Source: Candidatus Hydrogenedentota bacterium (lineage in GTDB: Bacteria; Hydrogenedentota; Hydrogenedentia; Hydrogenedentales; SLHB01). From it: DNA of 19,322 nucleotides. Position 1 is the stretch's first letter. Every line of letters begins with the position of its first letter. The DNA is taken from positions 1-19,322 of the forward strand of contig JAWXCN010000232.1 of the NCBI GenBank assembly GCA_034408725.1, given 5' to 3'. Shown here in pieces: positions 16,674 to 19,322 of this stretch. The position numbers and the translations under genes are program-made. Under the pieces are notes generated by a model that did not search any database, was not told where the DNA came from, and was given only the letters and a program-made list of their open reading frames with translations.

Positions 16674-18194
16674 ATGTGGGTTCCGAAATGGCATCGCGAT
16701 CGGCAAAAAGGCGTGGACAGCCCCATCCCGACTCAGGTCGTGTCAAACGAAGAATTCATTCCGCGTCCGCAGACCAAACAGCAAGCGCAAATGGAACACC
16801 TTCTTGGCGAACTTGCAACCGAGAAATCGAAAAAGCTCGGCATGGAACGGCGCGAATTTCTCAGCAGCTCAATGGGCATCGCCACGGCATTCATGGCGAG
16901 CAACATGGTGTACGGAAACTACTGGAACGTCGCCGAAGCGGAGACGATCGAAAAAGGCGCATACGAGGAGAAGTGGCCGAAGGGCGAGTACTTCGTGTTC
17001 GACGTGCAGACGCACTTCACGAACGGCTTCAATCTCGGCTTCCGCAGCGCACCGTTCATCCGCAGCATGGGATTCGAACTCAGCGACGATCCCGAGGCGT
17101 ACAGCTTCGAAAATTTCGTCAAAGAAATGTTCCTGGACAGCGAGACCGGCATGATTTGCATCTCCGGCGTGCCGGGCAAGGAGATCAACCGCGGCGCGGA
17201 TGGCGCGATTCTCGAAGGGAAAAGCCGTTCTCCGGGAGCGCTCGGGTTGCTGCCCAGTTGGTTGATGTCGGAGCGCAAACAGGAACTCAACAACATCGCG
17301 GGATCGCAGCGCGCACTGTGCCAGGGCAACTGCGCGCCAAACCATTACTGGGACAAGGCCGCTAACAAACCCGCGTTCAACGAGTTGTTCGAGCAGATGG
17401 AACGCGAGGTGAAGCAGTACAAGATCGATTCGTGGAAATGGTATTGCCACATGGACCCTGCGAGATCGGGTGATGGGTTCCGGCTCGACGACGAAGCGAT
17501 GACCTATCCGTTTTACGAAAAGTCGAAGGAGCTGGGGATGAAAATCTTCAGTATCCACAAAGGCTATTCGTCGCAGTCGCGCACGCTTGGCCATTTTGCG
17601 CATCCCGCCGACGTCGAGAAGGCCGCGCTCGCGCATCCGGACATCTCGTTCATCGTTTACCACTCCGCAATGAAACACGGCCCCGGCGAACCCGAGTTCG
17701 ACAAAGACGGCACGTTCAACCCGGAATCTGGGGATTTCGAGTGGCATCGCGAGCTGATGGCGATCAAAAAGCGCAATCCAGACATGAACAACGTCTACTG
17801 CGAAATTGGTTCCGCGTTCGGCACGCTCGCGATTGTGCATCCGCAACTCGCCCAACATCTCATCGGCCAGAACGTAAAACACTACGGCGTGGACCACGTT
17901 ATCTGGGGCACGGATTGCCTCTGGTGGGGCTCGCCGCAGTGGGTAATCGACGCGTTCAAACGCCTCGAAATCTCCGACGAAATGTGCGAGAAGTTTGGCT
18001 ATAAGAAACTGACCAATGAAGATAAGGCAAAAATTTTCGGATTGAACGCCGCGAAGATTTACGGCGTTGATGTAACTGCCGCGCGCACCAACTTCCCGAA
18101 GGACACGCTGAGCAAGTTGAAGACGGCGTATGTCGAGCAAGGCGTGCTACGCGATAACGCGGCGCATGGATGGGTGCGGGCGGAAAACGCGTAG
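16674..18194 (+). CDS. Amidohydrolase superfamily (Amidohydro_2-like) metal-dependent hydrolase with an internal twin-arginine motif
   Basis: Start moved from 16029 to ATG 16674 (strong GAGGAGG RBS), 506 aa; FDVQTH, SIHKG, IVYHSA, VYCEIG, IWGTD and [12 protein letters not shown] motifs; ERREFL at residues 58-63. Confidence 0.88.
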   Translation: MWVPKWHRDRQKGVDSPIPTQVVSNEEFIPRPQTKQQAQMEHLLGELATEKSKKLGMERREFLSSSMGIATAFMASNMVYGNYWNVAEAETIEKGAYEEKWPKGEYFVFDVQTHFTNGFNLGFRSAPFIRSMGFELSDDPEAYSFENFVKEMFLDSETGMICISGVPGKEINRGADGAILEGKSRSPGALGLLPSWLMSERKQELNNIAGSQRALCQGNCAPNHYWDKAANKPAFNELFEQMEREVKQYKIDSWKWYCHMDPARSGDGFRLDDEAMTYPFYEKSKELGMKIFSIHKGYSSQSRTLGHFAHPADVEKAALAHPDISFIVYHSAMKHGPGEPEFDKDGTFNPESGDFEWHRELMAIKKRNPDMNNVYCEIGSAFGTLAIVHPQLAQHLIGQNVKHYGVDHVIWGTDCLWWGSPQWVIDAFKRLEISDEMCEKFGYKKLTNEDKAKIFGLNAAKIYGVDVTAARTNFPKDTLSKLKTAYVEQGVLRDNAAHGWVRAENA

Positions 18195-18221
18195 GAAATT
18201 AACAGCGCCTGCAAAAGAAAA

Positions 18222-19178
18222 TTGATTACGAACACGAAGCGTTGCGTGCTTATGTTTAGCGTGTTTCTGCTCGCGGCAATAGCGCAAGAACAAGCAACGC
18301 GCGATCCGGCGGCATGGGGCAGCGACCACGCCGGCAAGCCGGTCCCGGTTTACGAAGACGGCAACACGTGCCTGTTCTGTCATCGCACTTCGATTGGCCC
18401 AAGCTGGCAGACGAACCGGCACGCGACGACGATTCGCGGGATCGATGATGAAGTTCGAGCGAAACAGTTGCGCGAGATTGTGAATGGCGCGGAACTGGTT
18501 CTCGGCCGCAACGAGGTGCTGCGTTTTTTGAAACGTTCGGAGTCGTATGGCGCAATGGGCATTCACGATGCGAAATGGTCCTTGCGCGAGAACGCCTGGC
18601 GCGATACGAATAGGCAAGCTCGTGGAGAGTGGCGCGCGGCGCACTTTGGCGAACGTTGCGCGGGTTGCCACACTTCCGGCGTGGATAGCGCCGCGAAGAC
18701 GTTTCAGATGTTATCGCTCGATTGCCACACGTGCCACGGCGTCATGGTGCCCGAGCACACGGAGGACGGTGCGTTGATGTTGCTCGCGAAGAAGGCAAGA
18801 ACATTGCCAGAGGTCGAAATATCGATCTGCGGCGCCTGCCACTTGCGCGGTGGCGCCTCACGCAGCACGGGGTTCCCGTTCCCAAACAATTTCGTGCCGG
18901 GAGACAATTTATTCAAGGATTTTCAGGCGGACCTGTCGCGAGAACGAATCGCCAAAGAAAATCCCGGTGATGGGCACATACGCTGGATCACCCGGGACGT
19001 TGCGATCAACGGCGAGATGAAAATGACCTGCACCACGTGCCACGACGTACACGCGCAATCATCGAAGAAGCATACGAAAGTTGCAAAGCAGCCTGTTTGT
19101 TTTACGTGTCACATTGAAGGCGAACCCATGCAGCGCGTGCGCACTTACGAACGACACAACGCAACGTGCGAGTATTAA
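18222..19178 (+). CDS. Secreted multiheme c-type cytochrome (six CxxCH motifs)
   Basis: Sec-type signal (KR..VLMFSVFLLAAIA|QEQ); motifs CLFCH, CAGCH, CHTCH, CGACH, CTTCH, CFTCH; nine additional His residues available as distal ligands. Start uncertain (TTG 18222 or ATG 18252). Confidence 0.9.
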   Translation: MITNTKRCVLMFSVFLLAAIAQEQATRDPAAWGSDHAGKPVPVYEDGNTCLFCHRTSIGPSWQTNRHATTIRGIDDEVRAKQLREIVNGAELVLGRNEVLRFLKRSESYGAMGIHDAKWSLRENAWRDTNRQARGEWRAAHFGERCAGCHTSGVDSAAKTFQMLSLDCHTCHGVMVPEHTEDGALMLLAKKARTLPEVEISICGACHLRGGASRSTGFPFPNNFVPGDNLFKDFQADLSRERIAKENPGDGHIRWITRDVAINGEMKMTCTTCHDVHAQSSKKHTKVAKQPVCFTCHIEGEPMQRVRTYERHNATCEY

Positions 19179-19244
19179 ACGAGTCCGATCTAGTGTCATG
19201 AATCCCAAATCCTAGGCAAAAGGCACACGCATAATCCGATCTTC

Positions 19245-19277
19245 AAAGTCCCCCTTTGAAGGGGGATTTAGGGGGAT
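19245..19277. repeat. REP-like G/C-run palindrome
   Basis: AAGTCCCCCTT-TG-AAGGGGGATTT followed by AGGGGGAT; the GGGGGAT unit is repeated at 10-bp spacing. Confidence 0.65.
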
Positions 19278-19322
19278 GTAAGGTCTGATTTCCAAACTTC
19301 ATATCGAACGAATCTCAAACTC

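Noticed and set aside
18192..18221. Amidohydrolase and cytochrome are in the same frame, separated by a single TAG and nine sense codons (possible read-through or pyrrolysine fusion)
   Set aside because: TAG is an ordinary stop for pgk, pnp and the kinase here, the cytochrome has its own signal peptide, and same-frame adjacency over 27 bp is common by chance.

Overview
GC-rich bacterial chromosomal window, mostly housekeeping. On +: the end of a glycine-cleavage operon (3' end of gcvT, gcvH, split gcvPA/gcvPB) followed by a Tat-signal Hyi-like TIM-barrel gene. On -: an alpha/beta hydrolase, gap-pgk, rpsO-pnp-M16 peptidase-dut, a soluble Hanks-type Ser/Thr kinase, a cold-shock protein and a large secreted protein of unknown function with a beta-propeller. 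At the right end on +: an amidohydrolase with an internal twin-arginine motif, followed by a secreted six-heme c-type cytochrome. I see no rRNA, tRNA, CRISPR array, transposase, integrase or defence system. The most interesting points are (1) the uncharacterised amidohydrolase + hexaheme cytochrome pair with a palindrome-covered promoter, (2) a kinase with a reciprocal Lys swap in its catalytic site, (3) several unrelated REP/MITE-like palindromes and 6-9-bp periodic micro-repeats in the intergenic spacers, and (4) candidate RNA leaders for rpsO, pnp and gap. All calls come from motif reading only; no database searches were run, and several start codons were moved relative to the ORF track using RBS/promoter evidence.
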